From: Acidobacteriota bacterium
GTDB lineage: Bacteria > Acidobacteriota > CAIWXX01
Length of the DNA stretch: 64,000 nucleotides
Assembly: GCA_040755995.1 (NCBI GenBank)
Contig: JBFMAF010000049.1
Coordinates: forward strand, 96,001-160,000
Direction: 5' to 3'
Within the stretch, counting starts at the first letter, position 1, and every line of letters begins with the position of its first letter. A program made the translations under genes and the position numbers. Below the pieces are notes generated by a model. That model did not search any database. It worked only from the letters and a program-made list of their open reading frames with translations, and was not told the origin of the DNA. This document shows positions 11,672 through 22,176 of this stretch, in pieces.

Positions 11672-13003
11672 GTGAGAACCTATTCGGCTATCCTCTTGGC
11701 ATTGCTGCTGGTGTCTGGCCCGCTGTTCGCTGGTCAAGCCTCACAGGCCTCCACGAATAGTGGCGAGACGGGAATCTTCAACATCTTTACCGCAGACACT
11801 CTGAACAAAGGGAAGTGGTCGTTTGGCGTCTTTGGTGAGAACCTCGACCGCGAGGACAAGAACCTCGACGTCAACAACTACTCCTTTGCGTTTGCCTACG
11901 GTGTCTCGGATCGAGTTGAGCTGGCCGGCTCGTGGAACTTCCTCACCCGCAGCAAGTTCAACCAGATCGACCAGGACGTCGTCAACAACGATGCTCCCAT
12001 CGCCATCAACTCGTGGAACCAGGGGGTCGGTGACTTCCAGGTCGGCGGGAAGGTGAACCTGATGAGCGAGGACGAGGGGAGCCCGGTCGGTCTCGCCGTG
12101 CGGGCCTTCTTGAAGTTCCCCACCGCGGATGACCGGAAGTCGCTAGGCACCGGGGCCGCGAGCGGTGGAGGCGATTTCGTTCTCAGCAAGACGCTGGGTA
12201 CCTGCAGCGTCCTGGCCTTCAACGCCGGTGTGGTCATCAACGGCGATAACGAGGACATCGTCATACTGAATGCTGCGCGCGTCGGTGCCGGAGTTGATCT
12301 CCACGTGGCCGGCGGTCTGCATGCGATCGCTGAGCTGCGGGCGATGCCTTTGCTGGGCAACGGCGATGAGGACAGAAGCACGCCCGTCGACTTGAGCGCC
12401 GGCCTCGAGTATGAATTGAGCAACGGTATGTCCTTCGGCGCGATGTACCGCAACAACGTCGCCTGGGACGCCTACTCGAACGCAACGAAGCAGGGCGCGG
12501 TCGGGTTCATCCGCTTCGGTACGCCGTCCGAGTGTGTTGCCCCACCGCCGCCGCCTCCTCCACCGCCGGCGCCGGAGCCAACTCCTCCACCGCCGCCACC
12601 ACCGCCCGAGCCGCCGAAGCCGCCGGAGGTGACCCCGGTCCAACCGAAGCTGCCGCCGGCAGATATCGTGCTCACGGACGTCCACTTCAAGTTCGACCGG
12701 TACGACCTGACCGACGAGGCCAAGGGCATCATCGAGGCCGCCGCGAAGTTCCTGCAGGAGTACCCGGACGTCAATTGCCAGATCGAAGGACACTGCTGCA
12801 GCATCGGCACCGAAGAGTACAACATGGCACTCGGGCAGCGCCGTGCGGACGCCGTGAGGAGCTACCTCATCAGCGCGTTCAACGTCGATGCAAACCGCCT
12901 GACGACGATCAGCTACGGCGAATCCAAGCCGATGTACGACAACTCCAAGGAAATCACCCGCAAGCTGAACCGCCGGGCGCACTTCAACATCCTGATCCAG
13001 TAA
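11672..13003 (+). CDS. OmpA-family outer membrane protein (beta-barrel, poly-Pro linker, peptidoglycan-binding domain)
   Basis: Signal peptide; VHFKFD, IEGH, YNMALGQRRA, SYGE, NRRA. Confidence 0.92.
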   Translation: MRTYSAILLALLLVSGPLFAGQASQASTNSGETGIFNIFTADTLNKGKWSFGVFGENLDREDKNLDVNNYSFAFAYGVSDRVELAGSWNFLTRSKFNQIDQDVVNNDAPIAINSWNQGVGDFQVGGKVNLMSEDEGSPVGLAVRAFLKFPTADDRKSLGTGAASGGGDFVLSKTLGTCSVLAFNAGVVINGDNEDIVILNAARVGAGVDLHVAGGLHAIAELRAMPLLGNGDEDRSTPVDLSAGLEYELSNGMSFGAMYRNNVAWDAYSNATKQGAVGFIRFGTPSECVAPPPPPPPPPAPEPTPPPPPPPPEPPKPPEVTPVQPKLPPADIVLTDVHFKFDRYDLTDEAKGIIEAAAKFLQEYPDVNCQIEGHCCSIGTEEYNMALGQRRADAVRSYLISAFNVDANRLTTISYGESKPMYDNSKEITRKLNRRAHFNILIQ

Positions 13004-13019
13004 GACTCGTATCCCACTC

Positions 13020-13048
13020 GGCCTCGCCCCCGCCACGGGGGCGAGGCC
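13020..13048. terminator. Perfect 13-bp GC hairpin between convergent genes
   Basis: GGCCTCGCCCCCG-CCA-CGGGGGCGAGGCC; no U-tract. Confidence 0.6.
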
Positions 13049-13190
13049 ACGTGGCTATCCCGCCTCACATCCGGGCTCGGTTCGCGCGGAGGCAGTCACC
13101 GGAGTCGTGTGGCTTCCGGTCTCCGCGTGGTCTGCGACGGGCGACAACTCCCCTTCGCCAGGAACGCGGATTCAAGCTGGGGTGTGTTAG

Positions 13191-13730
13191 CTACCGGGGT
13201 GGCGGTGGCGCGAACGGCGAGCGTGTCACCGGGCCTGCCATCAGGATCTTCAGGAAGGCCTGGCGAAAGACAGGATCCATCTTCTGGAAGATCGGGTTCC
13301 TGGACAGGATCCGCTGTCGCAGGTCCGGCCGCATCCGCCGCAGTGACTCGAGTCTTATCGCCGCCCGCTGCTGAATCTCGGGGGGCAACTTCAGGAAACG
13401 CCATACAATCGCCCTGGCCGCTCTGCGCTCGGGCTCCGGCATGCTCCTGAATGTCTGCCACCGGCTCTGCACAAACCATTTCTGCTGTGTGCCCAGCTTC
13501 TGAAAGGCCTCGAATCGAGCCCGGATCGCCTGCTGCTGAGCCGCAGGGAGCGCCTTGAAGCGCTGGTACCTGGCGATCAGCTCCTTCCGCTGCTCCGAGG
13601 AAAGCTCCATCCACCGGCTCATCAGCTGCTGGCGCTGCTGATCCGGCAGGCTCATGGCCGAGGATGACCGCCCTGCGGCGACGCAGATCGCCAGAAGCAG
13701 GCAGGCCACATCACGCACTCGAATCCTCAT
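13191..13730 (-). CDS. DUF3106-like exported helical repeat protein
   Basis: Signal peptide; repeated W/F..L...QR motifs; ATGA overlap with the anti-sigma gene. Confidence 0.75.
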   Translation of the reverse strand: MRIRVRDVACLLLAICVAAGRSSSAMSLPDQQRQQLMSRWMELSSEQRKELIARYQRFKALPAAQQQAIRARFEAFQKLGTQQKWFVQSRWQTFRSMPEPERRAARAIVWRFLKLPPEIQQRAAIRLESLRRMRPDLRQRILSRNPIFQKMDPVFRQAFLKILMAGPVTRSPFAPPPPR

Positions 13731-14326
13731 GACTCGGTCTCCACCGGCAGCACTACGTTCTCCGCAGCACCGTTGGTTTCAGCCTGCTCGATCATCTCGC
13801 TGTATTGGAGGTAGAGCGCGAAGTCGAGATTCTCGAGGATCTCCTCATCGACCGCCTCTGGTGTCGCAGTGGGGGCCGAAGGGACCGGCGGAGCGGCCAC
13901 TTCCACCGCGGCCTCCGGCGGCGCGACAGGGACCTGTACCGGTTGATGCGTCGCTTGTGGCGGAGTCCGCCGCAGCCGCACAGACGGAGCCTCCGGAGCG
14001 CGACGAACCGCCAGCCAGCTGAACAGCACGACCATCAGAGTCGCGACGGGAACGGTCAGGCGAACCCAATGCGGCAGGCCGAACCACGACCACCGCCGCT
14101 TCCTGCGCTCCACCTCGCTCCAGAACCGAGCGCGAAAAGCCGGCGAGAGACGCGCGTCGGCGTGCGCATCCGCCGCCAGGCGCCGAAGCTGCCCGCGTAC
14201 ACGCTCGAGCTCGTGACCGCACGCGGCACACGACTCAATGTGCGCCGCCATCTGCGCTCTACCGGTCTCATCCCCGAGCGCATACTCCTCCAGCCGCGCC
14301 CGCACCCTCTCACACTGGCTCTTCAT
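13727..14326 (-). CDS. Transmembrane anti-sigma factor (zf-HC2)
   Basis: C...HIESCAAC zinc motif, single TM helix. Confidence 0.85.
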   Translation of the reverse strand: MKSQCERVRARLEEYALGDETGRAQMAAHIESCAACGHELERVRGQLRRLAADAHADARLSPAFRARFWSEVERRKRRWSWFGLPHWVRLTVPVATLMVVLFSWLAVRRAPEAPSVRLRRTPPQATHQPVQVPVAPPEAAVEVAAPPVPSAPTATPEAVDEEILENLDFALYLQYSEMIEQAETNGAAENVVLPVETES

Positions 14327-14410
14327 ACTCCCCTCATCCCCTTAGAACCCGCTCCGGGCAATACAGTTTATCAGATGTGGCGCGGATCGGGCCAGCACAC
14401 TGGAACGGAT

Positions 14411-14569
14411 TCAGCGATGGCCTCCAAGGGATGGATCGTAGTAGGGGAGACGGTAGTCGAGCAGACCACCCTCGCCTGCCTGGCGGCCGGTGTACAGGAA
14501 GCTGTTTGGGATAGTCGCGGAAGGCGTTTGTGTCTCGCCCCAGGCGTCGTAAGAGCAGCCGCTCGCCAC
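14411..14569 (-). pseudogene. RHS repeat-associated core domain remnant
   Basis: Manual translation VASGCSYDAWGETQTPSATIPNSFLYTGRQAGEGGLLDYRLPYYDPSLGGHR*. Confidence 0.75.
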
Positions 14570-14599
14570 CCGAAAGGCGATATAGCAGAGTTGTCAATG

Positions 14600-14974
14600 C
14601 TACGTCACGCCGAACTTCGCCTTCATCGCCCGCCGCCGAGAGACTGTATGCCTCTCCATGTCTATCATGAGACGGAAATCCTGAAGCACATGCGTACCGA
14701 CAATCGGCTCACAGTCCGGTGGGCCGATAACGATGTTACCTGCAACTGTTTCACTGCCAAAGCTGAACAGGCAGAAGCCATACGGCAATTCTCGGACACT
14801 GCCGTCAGCCAGCTCTAGTTCGATCTTGCCGGCTGGCTGGATCCCCAGCTCGCCGGCTACCGCCTCAGGAATCCACGCCCGTGTCGCCCCTGTGTCTACA
14901 AGAAAAGATATCTCTCGCTGTCGTTCCAGGTTGGCAATATTGGCGACCGTCAGTTCAAGGTATATGTCCCCCAT
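14600..14974 (-). CDS. Clan AA (retropepsin-like) aspartic protease
   Basis: FLVDTGAT and PIVG motifs; GAGGTGGAG RBS. Confidence 0.88.
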   Translation of the reverse strand: MGDIYLELTVANIANLERQREISFLVDTGATRAWIPEAVAGELGIQPAGKIELELADGSVRELPYGFCLFSFGSETVAGNIVIGPPDCEPIVGTHVLQDFRLMIDMERHTVSRRRAMKAKFGVT

Positions 14975-15080
14975 ACTCCACCTCGCTAGTCTTGTAACAT
15001 GATTATAGCACGCGAGCGGGTGCGCGCATGGCGGTCTCGAATGCCCACCCCCGCCGCAGCCCTGGGGGCGGGGATGGGCG

Positions 15081-15112
15081 CTATACAGCGCGAGCAGCGT
15101 CGCGCTGCATGA
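15081..15112. repeat. 32-bp short form of the inverted-repeat element (copy E)
   Basis: CTATACAGCGCGA-GCAGCG-TCGCGCTGCATGA. Confidence 0.6.
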
Positions 15113-15115
15113 AAC

Positions 15116-16093
15116 CTACTGCGCGAGGAGCTTCTTGAATTCTTCCACGAGCTTCGGGACGACTTCGAAGAGGTCGCCTACGATCCCGTAGTCCGCAAGC
15201 TTGAAAATCGGCGCCTCGGGATCTTTGTTGACTGCCACGATACACTTGCTGGAGCTCATGCCGGCCAGATGCTGGATGGCACCCGAGATTCCGCAGGCGA
15301 TGTAGAGCTGTGGGGAGACGACCTTGCCGGTCTGGCCCACCTGGTGGCTGTGATCGATCCAGCCGGAGTCGACTGCCGCGCGGCTCGCGCCGAGCGCTGC
15401 GTTGGGAATCACGGCAACGAGTTTGCGAAGAACATCGAAGTTCTCGTGGCCCTTCATGCCACGGCCGCCGGAAATTACGACCTGCGCTTCGGCCACGTCC
15501 AGCTCCCCCGCCGCTCCTCGCAGCACCTCGACCACCCTCGATGTGGCCTTGGTCGCGTCCAGGGAAACGTCAAGCGGTGTCAGGGCGCAAGAGAGTCCGG
15601 CAGCCGGCGCATCAGCGGGGAACACGTTTGGTCTCAAGGTGAAAAGATGCGGTGCCTCCCCCTGGAACGACACGGTCGCCAGCGCCTTGCCTGAGTACAC
15701 GGGGCGCACCAGCTTGAGGCCTCCGTCCCACTTCATCTCGATACAGTCCATTGCGGCCGTGCGCCCGAGCCTCGCCGAGAGCCTTCCGAAGAGCTCGCGT
15801 CCAAGGACGGTGGCTGATCCGCCGATGAAATCGGGCTTCACCTTGTCGGCTGCGGCCGCGACAGCGGCGGCATGGAGATCGCTGGAGAACCCCGCCGTCG
15901 ACGGGGCGTTCACGGTGTAGACGGCCGACACGCCGTACTGTGCCAGCGAGGACGCGTCGTCGCATTGTCCTATCACCACGGCTGCGGCGGTGGAGTCGCC
16001 GGCGACGCGGCGAGCCGCGCAAAGCGCCTCGATCGAGCTCTTGCGTGCCTTGGAGTCTTTCGTCTCGATATAGATGAGGAATGTCTTGCCCAT
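15116..16093 (-). CDS. etfA: Electron transfer flavoprotein alpha subunit
   Basis: [35 protein letters not shown]. Confidence 0.97.
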   Translation of the reverse strand: MGKTFLIYIETKDSKARKSSIEALCAARRVAGDSTAAAVVIGQCDDASSLAQYGVSAVYTVNAPSTAGFSSDLHAAAVAAAADKVKPDFIGGSATVLGRELFGRLSARLGRTAAMDCIEMKWDGGLKLVRPVYSGKALATVSFQGEAPHLFTLRPNVFPADAPAAGLSCALTPLDVSLDATKATSRVVEVLRGAAGELDVAEAQVVISGGRGMKGHENFDVLRKLVAVIPNAALGASRAAVDSGWIDHSHQVGQTGKVVSPQLYIACGISGAIQHLAGMSSSKCIVAVNKDPEAPIFKLADYGIVGDLFEVVPKLVEEFKKLLAQ

Positions 16094-16102
16094 GTCGTCC
16101 TC

Positions 16103-16882
16103 CTAGATGATCTTCGCTTCGTTGCGCAACAGGCTGACCAGCTGCTGAGCGGTGTCCTCGGCGGTTCCCTGCAGTACCTTGCCTGCCTTGCGCGGCGGCG
16201 GCAGCACGTAGGAGTCGTGCGTGAGGGTGGAAGCGCCGATGGAGTCGGCCGTGACGCCGAGGCTCTGCGCGTTCCACACGTCGATGGGCTTTTTCTTGGC
16301 GGCCATTATGCCTTTCAGGTTGGCTATGCGTGGATCGTTGAGTCCCTTCTGCGCCGAGACGATCGCCGGCAGGCCGCATTCGACCCACTCCGATCCCCCG
16401 TCGACCTCGCGCAGGCACCGGACCTTGTCAGCTTCTACCGAGAGCTTCGTGACGATATTGGCCAGCGGCAAGCCGAGCAGCTCAGCGACCATCGATTGCA
16501 CGAGTCCCTGGTCCACTCCCACTCCCTGTTTGCCGAACAGCACCAGGTCATGCGGGATCTTCCTGATGGCCTCGGCAAGGACTCGTGCGACAGCCAATGC
16601 GTCCAGATTGTCGAACAGCGGGTCCTTCAGGTGCACGGCCGCGTCCACGCCAAGCGCGAAGGCGGAACGCAGCATGGTGGTGCATCGCTCGGGGCCCAGC
16701 GTGAGCGCGGTGATCTTGCCGCTCTTGGCCTCACGAATGCGGAGAGCCTCCTCCAGCGCGAACTCGTCGTAGGGGCTCATGATCCATTCGATCTGCTCCT
16801 CCGAGACAGTCTTGCCGTCGGGCGCGATCTTGATCCGCGCATCGGTGGCGAAGACCTGCTTCAAGCACACGATGATGTTCAT
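16103..16882 (-). CDS. etfB: Electron transfer flavoprotein beta subunit
   Basis: MNIIVCLKQV, PYDEFALEEAL, GKQ, GIMAAKKK. Confidence 0.97.
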   Translation of the reverse strand: MNIIVCLKQVFATDARIKIAPDGKTVSEEQIEWIMSPYDEFALEEALRIREAKSGKITALTLGPERCTTMLRSAFALGVDAAVHLKDPLFDNLDALAVARVLAEAIRKIPHDLVLFGKQGVGVDQGLVQSMVAELLGLPLANIVTKLSVEADKVRCLREVDGGSEWVECGLPAIVSAQKGLNDPRIANLKGIMAAKKKPIDVWNAQSLGVTADSIGASTLTHDSYVLPPPRKAGKVLQGTAEDTAQQLVSLLRNEAKII

Positions 16883-16993
16883 TAGTCCTCCAAATGATGA
16901 CTGGTATTGGGATATCGGAAATGGAATTCCGGTCGTGCTCCTGACATGCGGACCTCAAGATCCAGAATCAGCAGTCCCAAGTCCGGGATTCGT

Positions 16994-18238
16994 CTATCCT
17001 TCGTACTTCTTGAACAACAGGCTGGCATTTGTGCCGCCGAAACCGAATGAGTTGCTCAGCGCATACTGCACCGGCATCTTGCGCGCCTCGTTGGGCACGT
17101 AGTCCAGGTCGCAGTCGGGATCGGGGTGGTGGAGGTTGATGGTGGGGGGAACAACGGAGTCTCGGATCGCCAGCACGGAGAAGCCGGCCTCGATGCCTCC
17201 GGCGGCGCCGAGCAGATGCCCGGTCATGGACTTTGTGGAGCTGATCGCAATCTTGTATGCGTGCTCTCTGAACACCCTCTTGATCGCCATTGTCTCGGTC
17301 CGATCGTTGTGAGGTGTGGAGGTCCCATGGGCGTTGATGTAGTCGATCTCTGACAGCTGGACGTTGGCGTCTTCGAGCGTCTTCAGCATGACGCGCACTG
17401 CCCCGTCGCCGTCTTCAGAGGGCGCCGTGATGTGGTAGGCGTCGCCGGTCATTCCATAGCCGACCAGCTCGGCGTAAATCGTCGCATCGCGGCGAAGGGC
17501 GTGGCCGAGCTCCTCCAGAATCACGATGCCGGCTCCCTCGCCCATCACGAACCCGTCCCGTTCCGAGTCGAATGGGCACGACGCCCGCTCCGGCTGGTCG
17601 TTTCGAGTGGACATGGCTTTCATGGAGCAGAAGCCTCCAATGCCCAGGGGCGTGATGACCGACTCGGTGCCCCCGGCGATCATCACGTCCGCGTCGTCGC
17701 GCTGGATGATCTTGAAGCTGTCTCCGATGGCGTGGGAGCCCGTGGAGCAGGCGGTGGCCGGAGCCGAGTTCGGTCCCTTGGCGCCGTAGCGGATGGAGAT
17801 CTGGCCGGAGGCGAGATTCACGATCAGCGCGGGGATGAAGAACGGCGAGATCTTGCGCGGCCCTCCCTCGAGCAGATTCTTGTGCGTGCTCTCGATGATC
17901 GGAAGACCGCCGATACCCGAGCCGACGATGACACCCGCCCGCGGAGCCTCCTCCGGCCCGATCGTCAGCCTCGAGTCCTCCATCGCAAACTGGGCCGCTG
18001 CCAGCGCGTAGTGGATGAAGATGTCCATCTTCTTGATCTCGCGCTTTTCGATGTAATTCGCCGGATCGAACCCACGCACCTCACCCGCGATGCGGGTCGG
18101 ATACTGACTGACGTCAAAGCGAGTGATCGGGCCGATGCCGTTCTTGCCGGCCACCAGCGCTTCCCAGTTCTCGCGCGTGCCGATCCCCAGGGGCGATATC
18201 AGCCCGACACCGGTGACTACAACTCTCCGCTTCTCCAT
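16994..18238 (-). CDS. fabF: 3-oxoacyl-ACP synthase II
   Basis: [32 protein letters not shown]. Confidence 0.98.
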   Translation of the reverse strand: MEKRRVVVTGVGLISPLGIGTRENWEALVAGKNGIGPITRFDVSQYPTRIAGEVRGFDPANYIEKREIKKMDIFIHYALAAAQFAMEDSRLTIGPEEAPRAGVIVGSGIGGLPIIESTHKNLLEGGPRKISPFFIPALIVNLASGQISIRYGAKGPNSAPATACSTGSHAIGDSFKIIQRDDADVMIAGGTESVITPLGIGGFCSMKAMSTRNDQPERASCPFDSERDGFVMGEGAGIVILEELGHALRRDATIYAELVGYGMTGDAYHITAPSEDGDGAVRVMLKTLEDANVQLSEIDYINAHGTSTPHNDRTETMAIKRVFREHAYKIAISSTKSMTGHLLGAAGGIEAGFSVLAIRDSVVPPTINLHHPDPDCDLDYVPNEARKMPVQYALSNSFGFGGTNASLLFKKYEG

Positions 18239-18289
18239 CGCGCCTCCATGCTCCGTCCTGAACAGCCTCCGCGGCCGCGCCGCCCGGGC

Positions 18290-18529
18290 CTACGTGTGCG
18301 ACTGGATGTACTCGACGGCCTGGCCCACCGTCGTGATCTTCTCTGCGTCCGAATCCGGGATTTCGATCTTGAACGCATCCTCGAATGCCATGACCAGTTC
18401 GACCACATCCAGCGAGTCGGCTCCGAGGTCCTCGGCGAAGGAACTCTCCCGGGTCACTTCGTCCTCATGAACCCCTAGCTTCTCCAAGATGATTGTCTTG
18501 ACTCGTTCTTCGACGTTCTGTGCGACCAT
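18290..18529 (-). CDS. acpP: Acyl carrier protein
   Basis: [14 protein letters not shown]. Confidence 0.98.
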   Translation of the reverse strand: MVAQNVEERVKTIILEKLGVHEDEVTRESSFAEDLGADSLDVVELVMAFEDAFKIEIPDSDAEKITTVGQAVEYIQSHT

Positions 18530-18573
18530 GTTGTTCTCCGATCCTCCTGTAAGGTTGGATTAGACTCGAATCT

Positions 18574-19557
18574 TCACCACTTCAGAAGCACGGCGCCCCA
18601 CGTGACGCCGGCTCCGAAGGCGGTTAGAAGCACATTCATCCCCGGCTTCAGCCTGCCTTGCGTGTAGAGCTCGTCGAGCGCTATCGGTATCGAGGCGGAA
18701 GATGTGTTCCCGATGCGATCGATGTTCTCGTAGACCTTTTCCGGCGGCACTCCGAGCCGCTCCCTGACCGCCTCATTGATCCGCGTGTTGGCCTGGTGCG
18801 GCACCAGGAGGTCGACCTGGTCGACCGACATCCCCGCCTCCTTGATCACCCTCGCGCTCACGTCGAACATGTTCCGCACGGCGACCTTGAAGAGCTCGTT
18901 TCCGCGCATCTTGATGTAATGCAGCCGGTCGTCGATTGACGCGTGAGTGGCCGGGTACCGGGTGCCGCCGCCCGGAATGAAAAGAAACTCGGCGAGCGTC
19001 CCGTCACTACGGATCTCCGTCGCGAAGATCCCGGAGTCGTCGTTGGACGGCGAAACCACAGCCGCGCCTGCTCCGTCTCCGAAGATCACGCAGGTCGCGC
19101 GATCCGTATAGTCGACGTAGCGGCTCAGCACCTCGACGCCGATCACCAAAATATTCTCGTACTTGGCGGTCTTGATGAACTGATCGGCGATCGTAAGGCC
19201 GTAGAGGAATCCCGAACATGCCGCAGCCATGTCATACGCGACGGCCTTGTTTGCACCCAGCTGCGCCTGCACCAGGCAGGCGGTAGACGGCAGCGGCTGG
19301 TCGGGCGATATGGTGGCACAAACGATCATGTCCAGATCCGACCCGGTCAGGCCGGCGCGATCCAGAGCGACCTTCGACGCGCGGGACGCGATCACCGAAG
19401 TGTGCTCGTCGGGCCCCGAGATGTGACGTTCCCGAATGCCGGTGCGCGTGCGAATCCATTCGTCGGAGGTATCGACCATCTTCTCGAGTTCTGCGTTGGT
19501 CAGGACCTTCGGCGGCACGCAGGAGCCGATCGAGCGGATGTGGGCGCGTCGGGTCAT
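18574..19557 (-). CDS. fabH: 3-oxoacyl-ACP synthase III
   Basis: AACSGF, FGDGAGA, PHQAN, GNTSSAS; start overlaps the plsX stop (ATGA). Confidence 0.97.
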   Translation of the reverse strand: MTRRAHIRSIGSCVPPKVLTNAELEKMVDTSDEWIRTRTGIRERHISGPDEHTSVIASRASKVALDRAGLTGSDLDMIVCATISPDQPLPSTACLVQAQLGANKAVAYDMAAACSGFLYGLTIADQFIKTAKYENILVIGVEVLSRYVDYTDRATCVIFGDGAGAAVVSPSNDDSGIFATEIRSDGTLAEFLFIPGGGTRYPATHASIDDRLHYIKMRGNELFKVAVRNMFDVSARVIKEAGMSVDQVDLLVPHQANTRINEAVRERLGVPPEKVYENIDRIGNTSSASIPIALDELYTQGRLKPGMNVLLTAFGAGVTWGAVLLKW

Positions 19558-20573
19558 CGAGTGTCGTCCTTCCTGAATGTGCGTTCGATATCCGTGTGAA
19601 TTCGCTCGGCGATGCGCATCTGGACGAACTCCCCCGCTATACGGACGGCGTTTCTTATGGCCTTGGCGGGAGAACGCCCGTGGCAGATGATGCATACGCC
19701 CTTGATTCCGAGCAGCGGAGCGCCGCCGTATTCGGAGTAGTCGACACGCTTCTTGAAGCGGGTGAACGCAGGGCGGGAGAGCAGATACCCGAGCTTGGCG
19801 AGCGAGCTCTTCTCGATCTCACGACGCAGCAGCGAGCCGACGGCTTCGATCAGACTCTCGCTCACCTTCAGCACCACGTTGCCCGTGAAACCATCGCACA
19901 CTATGACGTCCATGTTGCCGTTGTAGACGTCGCGCCCTTCCGCGTTGCCTATGAAGTTCAGATCGGCGTCCTTGAGAACCTTGAAGACCTCTTTGGTGAG
20001 CTCGTTCCCCTTGCTCTCCTCCTCGCCGACGCTCATGAGCCCGACCCGCGGGCTCTTCACTCCGAGGATCTCGCGGGCATAGATGCTCCCCATGATCGCG
20101 AACTGCTCCAGATGCCTCGGCTTGCAGTTCACGTTCGCGCCGACGTCGATGAGGACGGCGTGCCCGCTGAGGGTGGGAACGATGGTGGCGAGCGCCGGGC
20201 GATCGACGCCTTCGATCGAGCCGGCGACGGTCTTGACGGTCGCCATGACTGCGCCGGTGTTTCCGGCGCTCACGAATCCGTCAACCCTGCCTTCCTTCAG
20301 GAGCGTCGCGCCGACGCGAATCGACGATCCGCGCTTCTTGCGCAGCGCAGTCAACACGTCCTCGTCCATGGCGACGACCTCAGGGGCATGGACGACCTCG
20401 ACCGAGAGGCCGTCGGTGCCGACGCGCTGCAGGTGCTTGCGCACTTCGTCTTCGATGCCGACCAGTGTTATCGCCACACCCAGCTCGCGGGCGGCGGCGA
20501 CGGCACCTTCTACCGGATTGGCGGGGGCATGGTCGCCCCCCATCGCGTCGACACAGATCCGCGGCTGGCTCAA
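19554..20573 (-). CDS. plsX: Phosphate acyltransferase
   Basis: VDAMGGDHAP, SAGNTGA, CDGFTGN, GGAPLLG. Confidence 0.98.
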   Translation of the reverse strand: MSQPRICVDAMGGDHAPANPVEGAVAAARELGVAITLVGIEDEVRKHLQRVGTDGLSVEVVHAPEVVAMDEDVLTALRKKRGSSIRVGATLLKEGRVDGFVSAGNTGAVMATVKTVAGSIEGVDRPALATIVPTLSGHAVLIDVGANVNCKPRHLEQFAIMGSIYAREILGVKSPRVGLMSVGEEESKGNELTKEVFKVLKDADLNFIGNAEGRDVYNGNMDVIVCDGFTGNVVLKVSESLIEAVGSLLRREIEKSSLAKLGYLLSRPAFTRFKKRVDYSEYGGAPLLGIKGVCIICHGRSPAKAIRNAVRIAGEFVQMRIAERIHTDIERTFRKDDTR

Positions 20574-20576
20574 AGG

Positions 20577-20759
20577 CTAGACCTGCTCCACCGGCATCAC
20601 CGCCTTGCCCTTGTAATGACCGCAGTGCGGGCAGGCACGGTGGGGAAGAATCTTCTGATGGCACTGCGAGCACTCGGCGAGCGACTGATGCTTGAGTGCA
20701 TCGTGCGCTCTGCGCCGGTCTCGACGTGCTTTCGAATGGCGTCGCTTCGGGTTTGGCAT
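20577..20759 (-). CDS. rpmF: 50S ribosomal protein L32
   Basis: MPNPKRRHSKARRDRRR, CxxC...CxxC. Confidence 0.98.
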   Translation of the reverse strand: MPNPKRRHSKARRDRRRAHDALKHQSLAECSQCHQKILPHRACPHCGHYKGKAVMPVEQV

Positions 20760-20845
20760 GTTATCTCCTGTTGATCCCGTATATCATCGAACACAGTGTA
20801 TCAATGCGTCTCCGCTGGTCGTCTCCGGCGTCCCGCGAGCTGCCC

Positions 20846-21313
20846 TCAAGCGCACCTGCACGCGAACCTGTTCCGGTCCACGCCACAGGTGGGGCAGATA
20901 CCGCGACAGTCGGGACTGCAGAGAGGGCGCATCGGCAGCGAAAGGTTGATCTGCTCAGTAATAAGGTCCTCGAGCACCAGTTTCTCCTGGGCGTAGAACG
21001 ACGTATCCATGTCCTCGGCCGTCAGCTCGATTTCGACGAACCGGCCGAAGCGGGGGCGGGGGAGGAGTTTCAGGTGAACGTCCTTGGAGGCGTCCAGCAG
21101 GAAGTTCTCGAGGCATCGACTGCATGGGACCCACATGGTCGCGCTGATTCGGCCGTCGACGGCAAAATGGTCCCTCTGGCGGGCGAGCACTGCGTCCACC
21201 CTCGGAGGCGACGCGAAGGAGATGCCTCCCTCCACGAGCACCGCCGGGTCGATCTCGACCTCCGTCGCGATCTCATACGGCTCCTTCTCGGCCCACTCGA
21301 ACAGCACGTCCAT
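20846..21313 (-). CDS. yceD: DUF177/YceD family protein
   Basis: CSRCL, PMRPLCSPDCRGICPTCG; a TTGACC-17-TAGCTT promoter at ~21334-21362 favours the start at 21313. Confidence 0.9.
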   Translation of the reverse strand: MDVLFEWAEKEPYEIATEVEIDPAVLVEGGISFASPPRVDAVLARQRDHFAVDGRISATMWVPCSRCLENFLLDASKDVHLKLLPRPRFGRFVEIELTAEDMDTSFYAQEKLVLEDLITEQINLSLPMRPLCSPDCRGICPTCGVDRNRFACRCA

Positions 21314-21429
21314 GGTTCTCCCCAAAGCTCCAGAAGCTACCATAGGCGCCGATAGCGGTCAAGGTTCGGCAGCAGGCGTTTCTCCGATTCCCCCCTTTCA
21401 CCACAGGACATTCCAATCCGCCCACCGCC

Positions 21430-22176
21430 TCACATATAGAGGCCGCCGGAGACGTTCAGGACGTTGCCGGTGATATAGGATGCGTAGTCGCTGGCCAGAA
21501 ACGCGGCGGCGTGGGCGATGTCCTCGGCCTCGCCCAGCCGCCTCAACGCGATCGCCTCCTTCAGCTTCTCGATCTGATCGCCCTGCAGTTTCTCCGTCAT
21601 GGCGGTCCGGATGAATCCCGGAGCGATTGCGTTGACAGTGACATTGCGCGAGCCCAGCTCTCGAGCAAGCGATTTCACAAAGCCTATGATCGCGGCCTTG
21701 CTGGCCGCGTAGTTGGTCTGCCCGGGATTGCCCATCATTCCCACGACCGAGGATATGGCGATGATCCGCCCGTATCGCTCCTTCATCATCCCCTTAATCA
21801 GCTCCTTGGTCAGGTAGTAGACAGGGTGGAGATTCACCTTGAGCACCAGGTCCCATTCGATGTCCGACATGCGCATCAGGAGGTTGTCCTTGGTGATGCC
21901 GGCGTTGTGGATCAGGATCTGGCACGGGCCGCTCTGCTCGATGCTCTTGGCGACGGCCGCGAGTGTCTCATCACGATTGGTCAGGTCTACCGCCAGGCTC
22001 TCGACGGCTGCCCCTTTCTCACGAAGAGCAGCCACCGTCTGCCGCAGCGCCTCCTCTTCCTTGTCCAGAAGCAGCAGCTTGCAGTTGGCGCCGGCCAGGT
22101 CGCCGGCAATGGCAGCCCCGATGCCCCTGGCCCCGCCCGTGATCAGCGCACGCTTTCCGGTGAAATCGAGTCTCAT
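21430..22176 (-). CDS. fabG: 3-oxoacyl-ACP reductase
   Basis: TGGARGIG, NAGITKD, GNPGQTNYAASK, APGFI; AAGGAGG RBS. Confidence 0.95.
   Translation of the reverse strand: MRLDFTGKRALITGGARGIGAAIAGDLAGANCKLLLLDKEEEALRQTVAALREKGAAVESLAVDLTNRDETLAAVAKSIEQSGPCQILIHNAGITKDNLLMRMSDIEWDLVLKVNLHPVYYLTKELIKGMMKERYGRIIAISSVVGMMGNPGQTNYAASKAAIIGFVKSLARELGSRNVTVNAIAPGFIRTAMTEKLQGDQIEKLKEAIALRRLGEAEDIAHAAAFLASDYASYITGNVLNVSGGLYM

Noticed and set aside
12540..12630. CCG-rich repeat tract
   Set aside because: Ordinary poly-proline linker of the OmpA protein
14334..14597. 87-aa ORF as the missing sigma factor
   Set aside because: No sigma motifs; another frame of the same DNA is the RHS relic
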